A stretch of 64,000 nucleotides of DNA, taken from NCBI GenBank assembly GCA_951406725.2, contig OX597829.1, positions 20,088,001-20,152,000 of the forward strand. The letters run 5' to 3'. The DNA comes from Octopus vulgaris. Taxonomy: Eukaryota. Shown one piece after another: positions 27,201 to 40,600 of the stretch; position 1 is the first letter of the stretch, and each line of letters opens with the position of its first letter. Under the pieces are notes generated by a model that saw only the letters and a list, made by a program, of their open reading frames with translations, was not told the DNA's origin and did no database searches. Both the position numbers and the translations under genes were made by a program.

Positions 27201-30200
27201 ATTTGCAGTTGGGTGGGGTGGCAAGAAAAGTAAAAAGTCCAGGACAAAAATTGATGCTTTAAGAATGAAAGTAATTATACTTTAAATATCTAATTTGGAT
27301 TGTTTTAATTTTTTCTTTTACACAATTATTTTGATATTTTCTCAAATAGGTTTGAAAAGATTTGGTTGATAATAGTTTTGGATATTGCTATTGGGGAGAC
27401 TGAAACCAATGAAGCTGGGTTAATAACCCAAAATTGAATTTCAATATTAAACTTTGCATGTAAAATATAAAACTTAAAATACAATTGAATTTGCAACCTT
27501 AAATATTCTTTAATTAAAAAATTTTTTCACTTGTAATTTAGTCTTGCTTCTCCAATGACCTAAACTTCAAAAAAATTCTTGCTTTATATTTTATATTTTC
27601 GCCTTACCGTGATGTTTTATACATGGTACATAAACTGCATAATTTTGAATTGACATAATTTAATTAAACTTTGTTTACTATTACATTTTGCACTACATAA
27701 AATGGTGTTTTCTATTTTTAGGTAAGGACCTTAGCCAGGGAGCTATATGAGCAATACTTTAGAGTAGCTGAAGCTTCTCCTCGTAGCATTGTGGCTCGAA
27801 TTAAAAACATTGTGCATCGACTTGAAGCTTCATATGCTAAACAGATCAGTCAAATAAAAGTAAGTAGCTTCCTTCACTTGTAAAACTGATAGAATATGAC
27901 AATTTTAAACACATCTAAAATCTGTTATGATAAACATTAACCCTTTAACATTTAAACTGGCCATATCTTGTCCAAATATTTTACCTGTTTTGTGTTCAAA
28001 CCAGTCAGATCCAACCTCTTACATTTACTCTACAATGTCATTCTAAAAATAATCACATTATCGAAATCTCGAAACTATGAGATAGTATTGATCCAAAACA
28101 TTGTGATTAAATAAGCATTACATTTTGACAGAATAATTTGAATGTTAAAGGGTTAAATGATTGAAAGTATATCACTTAATGCATAAATTTACTTATGCAT
28201 TTTCTCTGCTCTTCTATTTTAGTCCCCTACAGGTGAAGTGGAATGGGAGGAAGACATGCATGCTGCTCTGGAAGAATTAACAGCATTATTAAAAGATGAG
28301 CATACAGTTTCCTCTTTCGAACTTTCAAGTAGTGGATTAGTCCAAACCTTGCTGAACATCTTAAATAATGTAATTGTTTCTTCTTTAATATTTTTAGATA
28401 TATAAAGTTGCTTATTTTAAATACTAGAATTACTCCTTTTGTTTTATTTTTTAATTTTTTTTTTTTACAACTTGGTAACTCTAAATATTCTAAAATAGCT
28501 AACATCAAATACTTATTCCCTATGACATACAGTTGAGAAGTTAAATGCTATGTCTTAACTAAATTTAACACCTGGTTTGAAAAGTTAAATGATTTAGTCA
28601 CTACAGTCTACTGGATTTGTCTTAAACACAAGACTTCCAATATACTGATTTATAAGGCTGAGATTGTGAAATTCATGACTTTATAAAAGATATTGGTAAT
28701 GAAAGTTAAGTAGCTTAAACTGGAAATCAAGTTTAACTCTGTGATTGTTTTGTATATATACTTATAATAGTGTAATTGACAAATCATTGAGCAAGTTATT
28801 GTTTTGAATTCAAGTCTTGAATTTGCATTAGTATCTTATGAGATACTAATGTGAATGGCTAAAAGTACAGAATATATAAAGTGTTGAGTTTATGGTGAAC
28901 TTTTATTGTAGAATATGGTCAGAAAGACAAGTAAAAGATTACCATTCTCAGTTGCAATTTGAAATCCATAAGTTCAACTTATTATAGGCAACATCTTGTG
29001 ACATGCTTGTCTTCTAATCTTAAAGATTTTGCTTACATTTCTTTAATGCTATAAAAACTGAAGTTAACTATTAGCTTTATAAGCACCTATAGTTCATAAG
29101 TGATTATAATATTATTACTCTTATGGTTGGAAATATCAAGTATGCCCTTTATTATTTTCAACTAGATTAGTTCATTTTTTTTTCTCTTGCAGAATGTTGA
29201 AGATATGCAAACTAGAGCTAGCATGAAAAGAACAAATGAAAGAATAAAACTATTCAAAAGAATATTTCAGAAAAGAGAAGGGTGAGTACTTGAGCACTTT
29301 ACAACTCAACAAAACTGTCAAGGTTGTAGATCCAATTAAATTCAGTACTAGTAGAATATCAGAAGAATGTTTGATACAACTAGCATTTTAACTGTTTTAT
29401 CTTTTAAATATTTTTCAGAGGTTTTAATCCAGCTGTTGCTCTTGTTAAAAAGCTTGTGGCTGTTTTAGAATCCATTGAAAAACTCCCTGTCTACAGCTAT
29501 GATCTTCCCGGGTCTGGTTATGGTTTACAGGTAAGTTATTTTTTTCTTTTTTTTTTTTTTCTTACTGGGTCTGGAGCAAGGGACAGGCCCTCCTAGACCA
29601 GTGGGATTGATGCCGTTAATGTTCCTCTTTGCAAGTCAACATCTACAGGAATATGAGTCTAAACAGAGATCAAGAGAGTTGATGTTCTTGGAAGGAAGAA
29701 TTGGGTGTAGTGATTAGTGTAAGTGTTAAGTGCAATAAGTAATGTGAGAAGGGACAAGTGGTGTGAGGATGTTTGAGTGGAGATGGCATGAACCCAGCCA
29801 GTTCAAAGGAGCTGAAGCAATTATAGATGTGGTAGAAAAGCTAGGAGAGGAGACAGAACACCTGTCTGTGAGCCATTTGTAAGGGACTTTATCCAATTTG
29901 ATGAGTGGCTCTATTCTGAATGTACCTAGTGGGGGGGGGGGTGCAGCATGCACAAACACTTCAGACGTGAGAGCAACATGCCACTGTAAGTATTACCTAA
30001 GCTTTGTAGAGTACTGATTAATAATTGTTAGAGGCTGAAATATATTTTGGCTCTGAAGGGAAAGGCCAGTCAATGTTGAAGATGTGCTTTTGCCAGAAGA
30101 GATTCTACCCACTATTTGTACTGCATTGATGTTTTCTTGATATTGGTCGCATTCATGTTTATGTAGCCACTCAAAATTTAGTCGAATAATGACTTATGAT

Positions 30201-32579
30201 GCATGTCTGCTATTTATCCCTTCTATTTTAGATCCTTACTCGTCGGCTTAGATTTCGATTAGAGCGGGCTGCTGGTGAAACTGGTTTAATTGATCGCTCA
30301 AACCGTACTCTAAAAATGGAACCCCTTACAACAATTTCTGCACTTGAAAGATATCTTTTGAAGATGGTAAGAATATATTATAAATTTACAAACATTTCTT
30401 TATAATCAAATGTAAACACACATTTTTTTTTTTTTTTTTTTGTGAGAAATCATCTAATGAAATGTAATTTATAAAGCCATTCCAATTTGAGTTCCTAATT
30501 AACTATTATAATGAAGTTGCTTATAAATATTCTTTTGGACTCTTTAGGTTGCCAAGCAGTGGTATGATTATGAACGATCAACCTTTACTTTTGTTAAAAA
30601 ATTGAAAGAACCAGGCACATCAATAACATTTACTCATCAGCGGGACTTTGATGAAAATGGTCTAATTTATTGGATTGGCACTAATGCTAAGTAATTAATT
30701 TGTCTTTTATTCAAGTTTGAAAGTAATTTTGATGTTTTAAATCATTACAAAATTCAAAAAATTTCTTTAAAAATTTGCTTATCTATCACTGAAATAGTAA
30801 CAAGGCTTCTTAAAAAAATTTTCATATATAAAATAACAAATACTTAGGTTGTTAGATTGATGATAGACAGGTTAAATAACATTTTTTGTTTAATCTAATT
30901 TTCTTTTTCCCCAGATAAATAAATTTTATTATATGTTGAAAACTTTATCAGATCGTTTGAAAATTGATATTGTTTACATTTATTAGGTGTGATTTCTGTA
31001 AAATATGCTAAACCTGCTTTCTAAAGGAAATCTTGTTTTAATACAGAACTGCTTATGAATGGGTGAATCCAGCCCAGTATGGATTAGTTTGTGTAACATC
31101 GTCTGAAGGGAGAAATCTTCCTTATGGAAAACTGGAGGACATACTAAGCAGGGACTCTTCTGCTATCAACTGCCATACAAACGATGATAAGTAAATATTC
31201 TTTTATTCTTTTACTTGTTTCAGTCATTTGATTGTAACCATTCTGGTGCATTGCCTTGAAAGGTTTTAGTTGAAGAAATCGACCTTAGGACTTATTCTTT
31301 GTAAGCCTAGTACTTATTCTATCGGTCTCTTTTGCTGAACTGCTAAGTTACGAGGATATAAACACACCAGCATTGGTTGGACACACACACACACACACAC
31401 ATACATACATACTTGATGGGCTTCTTTCAGTTTCCATCTACCAAATTCACTCAAGTCTTTGCTTAGCCCAAGATTATAGTAGAAGACACTTGTGTAAAGT
31501 GCCACACAGTGAAACAATCAGGAACCATGTGGTTGGGAAGCAAGCTTCTTACCACACAGCCATTTAAATTTTTTTTAACTTTATCCGTAATGTAACTTTA
31601 TGAAATTGTTAGTGTGGATTTAATTCCTTATAAATTTATAAGCATTTTTTTTTTTTTTTTTTTTTTTTAACCTTGAAGTTATTTGAAGTCACTTCAGTAC
31701 AAAAGAATTAGTTTTTTGTTATGTTGGGTTTCTTGCAGGAAAGCGTCCTTTGCAATAGATCTTGGTGTATGGATTATACCAAATTGTTATACTCTACGGC
31801 ATGCAAGAGGATATGGAAGGTGAGTGTCTACAAACTATTGTAAATTTCAGTAGAGATTATATTATATCACTGGTCTGTCTGATATTAATAATTCATTTTT
31901 GCTTATAACATTAATTAGGCAGTAAATTGGAAGAAGAATTAGTATTAGATGAAACTCTTCTTTCAAGCTTTCTCCCCCCCCCCCTCCATCCCCAACTTTG
32001 TCTGGATTTATGCTTTCTGAATGCAGTATTGGACCGACTGAAAAATTAAAACCTCAGATGAGATTGCTTGTGGTATTTGCTTTGGCTCTTTGTATATGGA
32101 GTTCTAATTTTGCTATTGTTGACTTGAGTGATAGACTCGGTTGGCCACTCAGGTTATCACTGTCTAAATGCCTTTAGCAGAGTTCACTGTGCTGCAAGCA
32201 TTAAGAGCAAGTCGCCAGTTTGAGGATACCTTCTTGCCTTCATTCTCGCCAGTCTTAGTTAGGGGCCCTGTGAAGTGTTATGAGCACTCCTTTCTCCCTT
32301 ATATAAAGTAATTAAAAAAATTTTGGCTTTTTTCCCACTGTCATGGAAATTCTTCTTTTTAAATTTCTTATGGATTTACTCTAAAAAAAAATGTATTTAT
32401 TTCTTTAAAATTCTTTATTTTAGATCAGCTTTGAGGAATTGGCAATTTCAAGTTTCAAAGGATGGTCAGAACTGGCTAACTTTGTACAATCATGTTGATG
32501 ATTGCTCTTTAAATGAACCTGGGTAAGACTACTTTTTTTAATTTACTTCCTTTTAACAAACTGATTTTTTTTTCTTTGT

Positions 32580-32614
<35 letters not shown>

Positions 32615-35600
32615 GATTCAAAATTGTGGGTATAATGTTTTAATTGATTTTTTTGAATTTTTTAAATATTCTATTATGAAATTGACAAACCAGTGTTCAT
32701 AGAGAGTTTAGACCTTGGTTGTACAGGTGATTAGATTGATTGAAACCAAATTTTAACTTTAAATTAACTTGCATTAATTTTAACAAAACTGGAATGTATA
32801 AATAGGTTTGAAAAAAGCATCAGGACATTTGAGCTAAGACCTCTGTTTATCACATCAGAAATAAATGTAACTACAAAACTTTGAAAATGAGATGTTGAAG
32901 TAAAAGCCCTAGGATATCTTACAATTTCTGTATGAACTTCATTAATGAGCAATTAATTCTGTTACCATAGTGTGATGTTAAAATTATCACTTAAAAGTGA
33001 TAATTTTATTTTTAATTTAAAAGATTAAACTTTAAAATGTGAAAGTTACATTATTGGTATGGGCTAATAAGGTAATAAAACAGATTTTGATGATTTTTGG
33101 CAAGAAAAAGGTAGAGAGATTATATTATATTCAAGATCATATTATACAATAGTAATTTTCTTTGGTATAATTTTTAGATCTACTGCATCTTGGCCAATTG
33201 AATGTCCCACTGAAGAAACTCAGGGCTGGAGATACATCAGACTTCAACAAACTGGTAAAAATGCCAGTGGCCAAACACACTATCTTTCACTCTCTGGTTT
33301 TGAAATTTATGGTAAAGTGACTGGTGTTTGTGATGACATAGGTAAGTACATATAAACTGCTAAGTTGTTTGAAATTACATCATCATCATCATCATCAGAT
33401 AATTTCTGTTGAATATTAAAGTGTTAGTTTTTTTTTTCAAGTGTTAATTTTATATTCCTGTTTATCAAGAACTATTGGTTGATATAATTTAATTTCCATT
33501 CCTATTCAAATATCCTTTCTTGAATGTTATATCAGTGACTTAGGGAAAATATTTGTTTTAATCTTTATTCACTCTGTTTATCACTTAAGGCAAAGCTGCT
33601 AGAGAAGCAGAGGCCAATCTAAGACGTCAACGACGCTTTATCAAGTGTCAAGTGCTTCGGCAAATACAGCAAGGTGCTCGTGTGGTACGTGGCATGGACT
33701 GGAAATGGCGAGATCAAGATGGAAATCCTCCTGGTGAAGGATTTGTAACTGGAGAATTGCACAATGGTTAGTATTTTGATATTTTACTCTCATGAAAAAT
33801 ATTAATATAACTACAAAATTACAGTTTCTAACTTTTAAGTTTTTTAATATGGAAGAAGAATGACTTGAACAGGAACTTAGTACTAAAATAGGATGGTATT
33901 AAGACTAACTATAAATTTTTAAATATTTACTTTTTGTTTGGCTTAAAACTTTATCTTCACTTTTCTTTTTGGCTAACAGTAATTTTATAAATCTGATGTG
34001 ATGATGTGGTATTGTTAAAAATAATTTCCTCTGCTCGTTTGAAGAGTTTGGATATTTTGATACATTTTGCCTTCTTTTTACAAGTATTTGAAAAGTTAGA
34101 TATGTAATTTATCAATGTCATTGTGATTATGAACTTATTTTCCATCCCTTTATATTTAAAGTTGTACTATTGTTGAAGCCTTACTTTTGTGTGTGTATTT
34201 GTATTAACTAGTTTTCAGTTTTTTGAAATGCAAAAATTTCAATCCATTTGCATTAATTTAGCAACGTTATTGTAATTTCTATACTTATTAATGTTTAAAT
34301 TTTTTTTTTCTTTTTTTTTTTAATATTTAGGCTGGGTAGATGTGACATGGGACTTTGGTGGTTCCAATTCTTACCGAATGGGAGCTGAAGGAAAATTTGA
34401 TTTACAGCTAGCTCCTTCATATGATCCTGAAAAGGTGAGAATCCCAAAGTTAGACTCTGCACCACAAACTGTCAAACCAAGAACCGGTTCAACATTCATG
34501 GATAAAGTAAAGGTATTTTTTTTTTTTAATAATTAGAATAAAATTATGAAATTGATGCATTCGGTTTATGAGAATTAACCTGTCAGTATGCATTATACAT
34601 CATTTACATTTAAATTTAGGGGTTTGCTTTAACAAAAGTCGCTTTTCTATGTGTTTTATGACTAACACCTGAGACTTTTTGGAAAAAAATACCCATTCTT
34701 TCATATTCTGATTAGTGCTAGAATTTTTAGGACCGGTCGTTATTTAAGTTAGATCTTCCAAACAGTTGATACAAAGGCTTAAGCACAGTTCACAAGTTAT
34801 GCAAGTATGATGGCCTTTTGGAGGTCTTTTTTTTTTTTATGGACATTTTATCCTAAAATTTAGTACTTAGTTTTTGTTTCCTTTTTAGATAGAAATTGAT
34901 CACAAGTTCAGTGATTAAAAATACTCTTCTTTCTGTTCTCATTGTGTCTAATCCAGGTGAGCATTACCAATCGGAAAAGTAACTCTACTCCTAGCCTCAG
35001 TGAAGTGTCAGAAAATCGAGCATCTGTTGCAAGTACAGAACAGGCTTCATCAGCAGAAAATCTATCATCGGCCTTAAAGAATGTAAGTTGTCTATTGTTT
35101 GCACTCTCTAACATTTGTTAGTTTTTATGTAGCTTTTAAATATAAACTAGGGTTGTATATTTTCTAGATTGGCTTCAGGTCATTTGAATTAAATTTCTGG
35201 TTTCCTTAAAGCCTGTTTTGTTAAACAAACTAAATTCTTTTCCTCCTCACATTTGATTGAACGAATCTTAACAGCCTTTCTAGCAGTGCTTATCCAATGC
35301 CAGCTTCTCTCAAATTCACCTTTGTAAGGGTTGATAATACTATTACCAGTGTTGCTTAATCTAATTGTGTTTCTTATTAACAAATACCATTTCAAAACTT
35401 TTGCACAATTTTTCTCCATTCATTCTTATGTACAAAATATGATAAATATCTATGTATGAGCTAAGCTTCTATAAATGTTTTTTTTTGTACTTTTTTTGGT
35501 TCATTTGAATAGTTTTTGTTTAAAATATGCAACAAGTTTATTCTTGACAGTTCATATGGTGCACTTGAATGTTGTAGGACAACTTGAAATTTACTATAAT

Positions 35601-36389
35601 TCTTAATACATCCATTTATTGTACTGTGTAAACTTTGTAAATCCATTTTCATCATTTTAACATCTACTTATTTCTGCTTGCATGGGTCAGATGGAATTTA
35701 TTAAGACAAATTTTTTTACGGCTGGATGCCTTTTTTCTACTGTCAATTCTCACTTGTTTCCAAGCAAGACAATATTTCCTACTGATTGGACATATTTATA
35801 TAGAAGATTGGAAACAAATGACGTTGCTTGTATGACAGTGATACCTGTTTATGACTATTATGCAATGTCTTCGTGAGGCAAAGAAACATACACAGTGGGC
35901 TGCTTTCAATTTCCATCTACCAAATCTATTCACAAGGCTTGGGCATTTATAGTAGTACACATCTGCCCAAAGTGGCACACTGTGGGAATGAACCTGAAAT
36001 CGTGTTGGGAAGTAAACCTAACAGTGTGGCCATGCCTGCACCTCTCTCTTTCCCTACATGCATGTATAGGTGTGGAAGCTTGCTTCCAAACCAAATGGTT
36101 CTGGGTTCAGTTCTATTGTGTAGCACCTTGGGCAAGTCTCTTCTGCTGTGGTTTCAGGCTAACCAAAACCTTGTGAGTGAAATTGATAGACAGAAATTGA
36201 AAGAACCCTGTCAAGTGTGTCTTTGTGTTGTATTTGGCCCCTTTTATCAGACTAAGTTTAGAAGAAATAAACAAAATGATAGAATAAGTACCGAGCTTGA
36301 AAATTAAAAAATTAAGTCCTGGAGTTTGTTCACCCAAAGCCCTTCAAAGTAGTGTCCCAGTGGGGCTTCAATCCAATGACTGAAACAAG

Positions 36390-36441
<52 letters not shown>

Positions 36442-37639
36442 ATTTATGTATATATATATATATACACATACATATACCAAATTCATTTACTGGTTTTGTG
36501 ATGGTCCTTACTATGTTTGAATATTGTCTTTGGCTTCATAAATAAAAATGATTCCTATCAAGTTTCAACATTATCCTACTCTGAAAAGCCCATTATTTTG
36601 TGGAAATGCTCAAAATCATTTCTGCTGTAAATTTCATTGCAGACTTTAAAAACTAGTATGTTAGATTATAGATTTAAGACCAACATAGTAATCTTTACTA
36701 TGTCGTAAGTTTGTGTAAACTTGATGCCATCTTACATGTAACCTATTCTGTAGATATATAAGTAGGACAAATTATATAACTATCTCTCTGTAGATTGGAA
36801 AAAATGAACAGCCTTCATTAATTTTTGAACTTTATTGGGGTCTTATCAGAGGTGTTGACATCATTTGACTAACCCCTGAGAAATAATCAGCCAGTCTCTT
36901 TATATACTCAATGCATCCTCTGGCTTCAGAACTGCAGCAATTAATTTGCATACTTCAAATATTAAACAGTAATATCTGCAGGCTGTCTACAAGGATCTCA
37001 GTCCACACAGTATTAGGGTATGACATAGATTACATGTCGTACATATATAAACAGAGCAAATTTAACTATTTCTCTGTTGGTTATTCCTGTCCATTAAATT
37101 ACAGTACATACAAAATATGGGTCCCTGTTTTCCCTTGTGGTGGGGTAACAGATGTTTCTACAATTAACTTTGATGTCAAATGGTATCTCATATGTCTTGG
37201 TACAATTCAAACTGTATTTCATCCATTATAAATCTATTTACTTTGCAATAGTTCTATCATTTACCTGTTTCAGTCATTGGAGTACACCACTTGACAGGTT
37301 TAATCAACCTCAGTACTTGTTTTCCCAAAGCCTGGTATTTAGTTTAATTGCTCAGTTACAGAGATGTAAACTAACCAACACCAGCTGCCAAGCAGTATGG
37401 GAGGGGGGAGACACACGGACAACATATACTCTTTTTACTCTTTTACTTGTTTCAGTCATTTGACTGTGGCCATGCTGGAGCACCGCCTTTTTAATCGAGC
37501 AACTCGACCCCGGGACTTATTCTTTTGTAAGCCCAGTACTTATTCTATCGGTCTGTTTTGCCGAAACCGCTAAGTAACGGGGACATAAACACACCAGCAT
37601 CGGTTGTCAAGCAATGCTAGGGGGACAAACACACACACA

Positions 37640-37674
<35 letters not shown>

Positions 37675-40600
37675 GATGGGCTTCTTTCAGTTTCCGTCTA
37701 CCAAATCCACTCACAAGGCTTTGGTCGACCCGAGGCTATAGTAGAAGACACTTGCCCAAGGTGCCACACAGTGGGACTGAACCCGGAACCATCTGGTTGG
37801 TTAGCAAGCCACTTACCACACAGCCACTCCTGTGCCTATATACATATACGTGTAGAAGTGACAAGTTTCTTTTAGTTTCCATCTACCAAATACATCCAAG
37901 GCTTTGGTAAGCCCAGAATTATAGTAGAAGACACTTGCCCAAGGTACCACAGAGTGGGACTGAACCCAGAACCATGATGGTTGGGGGAACAGAATTACTC
38001 TAATTGATGTGCCAATCATTTCAGATAAAACATTTCATAATATTCCTGACTATCATCTGTTAATTTTTTATTCCTTTTCAGCTTCAGTTGTTTTATCTCT
38101 TTGGTTTTGTAGCTCAATGACCATTCTGTCTTTGTTTTGTTTCATTTTTACTTTTTATTTATATCGTTTTTTTATTTAACCCTTTAGCATTTAAACCGGC
38201 CATATCCAACCCAAATATTCTGCCTGTTTTATTTTCAATCTGGCCAGATCCAGTCTCTCCACCAACCCTACAATGTTATTCTAAATCTAAAAAATCACAT
38301 CATCAAAATCTCAAAGCTACGTTTGACAAAATAACCTGAATTCTAAAGAGTTAAACCAGCCATATCCAGCCCAGATATTCTGCCGGTTTTATCTCCAAAC
38401 TGGCCAGATCCAGCCTCTCACACCTACCCTGCAATATCATTCTAAAAATACTCACATCTTTGAAATCTCAAAGCTGTGAGATAATTCAAGATTAATTTTT
38501 TAAAATATGAATATATGATATATTTGACAAAATTTCAATGCTAAAGGGATACTCCATTTTCTTTTTTTTTTCCTCTTTTTTTTTTTTTTTTTTTGGTACA
38601 ACACTGCTTCATCGCAAAGTATCATTATTTCATCTCATTATTTGAATATTTGGTCATGTATTCATAATCATTGTTGGTTTTATTTTCTCAATCCCATATT
38701 GAATATCTACAATGATTGCAAATTTATGCATAATATCAAATCCTTTTGCAAACTATGCAGTGGCTGAATAGAGGTGGAAATCAAAGTAAAATGCCTCTGG
38801 AAGAGGCAACAGTTTTAAGTGGAGTGTACTGCTTAGTAATGTTTCATAACAACGTGTTCTCTTTTACAGCTCAATCTGACTCTGTATTGCACACCTATGT
38901 AGCTTGTCATAGCCTACTTCTAGTTTCAAATAACTTCTCTCTTTAATATAAAAAAAGCCTAACTTTTCTATCTCATATTAAATCCTTATACAGATGTGTT
39001 CAGTTAATTATTAGCAGCATTTTTTCCTTGTGTATACTAACTACATCTTTTCATTTTGCTAAAGACATACTTGTGCCCCAAAATGTTCTAAATTTTCATG
39101 TAATTTGCAAATCAATCCTTGTTTTGGATTGCTTTTTGATTTCCCATAATTTGTTAGTATTAAAAACATAGTTGTAAATTGAAAAAACAAAAATTTGAAA
39201 TCTCAATTGTCAGCATAGATTTCCATTCTTTTTCTACTTAGGAATGCATTGACAGATTTTTAAAAAAATAATTGTGCATGAATGTATTTAGTTTTGATAC
39301 ATTTTGAATTGTACTGTTACAGATTTTGACAATTTACTATGCTGCTTTTAATCCTGAATGCTTCATTTCTTTATTTGGCTGATAAAAACTTTCTGGAAGG
39401 TTCTCAAGCTGTGTCAAAATTTAAAACTCAGTGCAATTCAAAGCAGAATTAATATTGTATTAATTTGCTTTTGAAGCAAGCCTTAAAAATTCAAGAGTGT
39501 AAATAGTTTAAAAGAAAACTATTTTTTCTTTTTCTTTTCCATGAAATCTAGGAAAATATGAATTTGAAAAGTAATTTATCATTAGGTTACTAGAATAGCA
39601 GAAACTTAGTGCTATGCTAAATGTACAGCAATATTTATCTTTCGGTTTTAGTCCAATTCCTGTTGAGAATAGTCAAATACATACCAGAATGACTACTATT
39701 TCTTACAAATCTGAATTTCATCTTTGAAATTTTAGTTTTTTATCATGACAAAACTTATTAATTTATTGAAATCTATATATTTGTTCATTAAATTATTTGG
39801 TACATCAAGATTCAGTGTCGAAATAATTTTGATTTCCAAATAATCAAGTCTTTGCTTGCTGCAAACAAACATTTTATATAAAAATTTGAAATTAAACTTC
39901 TCTTAATAGTCAAGTTTTGGTACTGGTTTTGTCAAGACGTTTAAGCCTTATTTTTAAGTCTTCCCTCTTCTTCAGAATGTTGTTGATATCATTTAAACTA
40001 CTTATTCAGACATTTAACCTTTTTGGCCTTCAAGGTTGACTATCATCAACAAGACAGAATTCTGTAAAATAGAGGGATCAAATTATATTCCTCTAAACAT
40101 TTTTTTGAAGATTTTTCAGTTTTTATGAAATATCTTCCACAATTTTTTCTCTTAAATAAATGAAGCTTTAAAGGCATATTCTGAGATTTCCCAATTGTTC
40201 TCTTTATTGTTACAGTTATTAGAAGGTCTACGAGGTTGTCCAGATCCTTTTTATTCAATGATGCATTTATCTCCACATCCATCATCACACGTCATAAGGG
40301 GCAATACCCTGGAGACTCATCAGTCTGTATCACCCACTCCTACTTGCAGCAACTACTTGGGGGTGAGCATAAAGATTTTGAAAATGTTTCCCTGTGTGTT
40401 TGTGCGTGTGCATGCATTTGTGTGTGTGTGTACATGGATAAGTTTTTTTTTTTTTTTTAAATTCAAAAATGTTAATCTCACAACATTTTCAAAATTCTCA
40501 GTTTAGTATTATGTCCTTATTACTATTTTCCAGAACTTGTTCTGCAACAAAGAAATTGTTTTGTCTTTTAATCCTTTTGTTGTTATATTCCTATCTGAAA

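Noticed and set aside
29560-30010. GC-richer intronic block, possibly a LINE remnant (similar block at about 12200-12430)
   Set aside because: No reverse-transcriptase or endonuclease motif could be read, so no call was made.
35873-36307. 144-aa ORF and other 60-110-aa ORFs overlapping SINEs or microsatellites
   Set aside because: These are chance frames through repeats; the same peptides recur at each SINE copy.
39552-39570. Possible microexon ctag|GAAAATATGAATTTGAAAA|gtaatt
   Set aside because: 19 nt is not frame-preserving and there is no other support.
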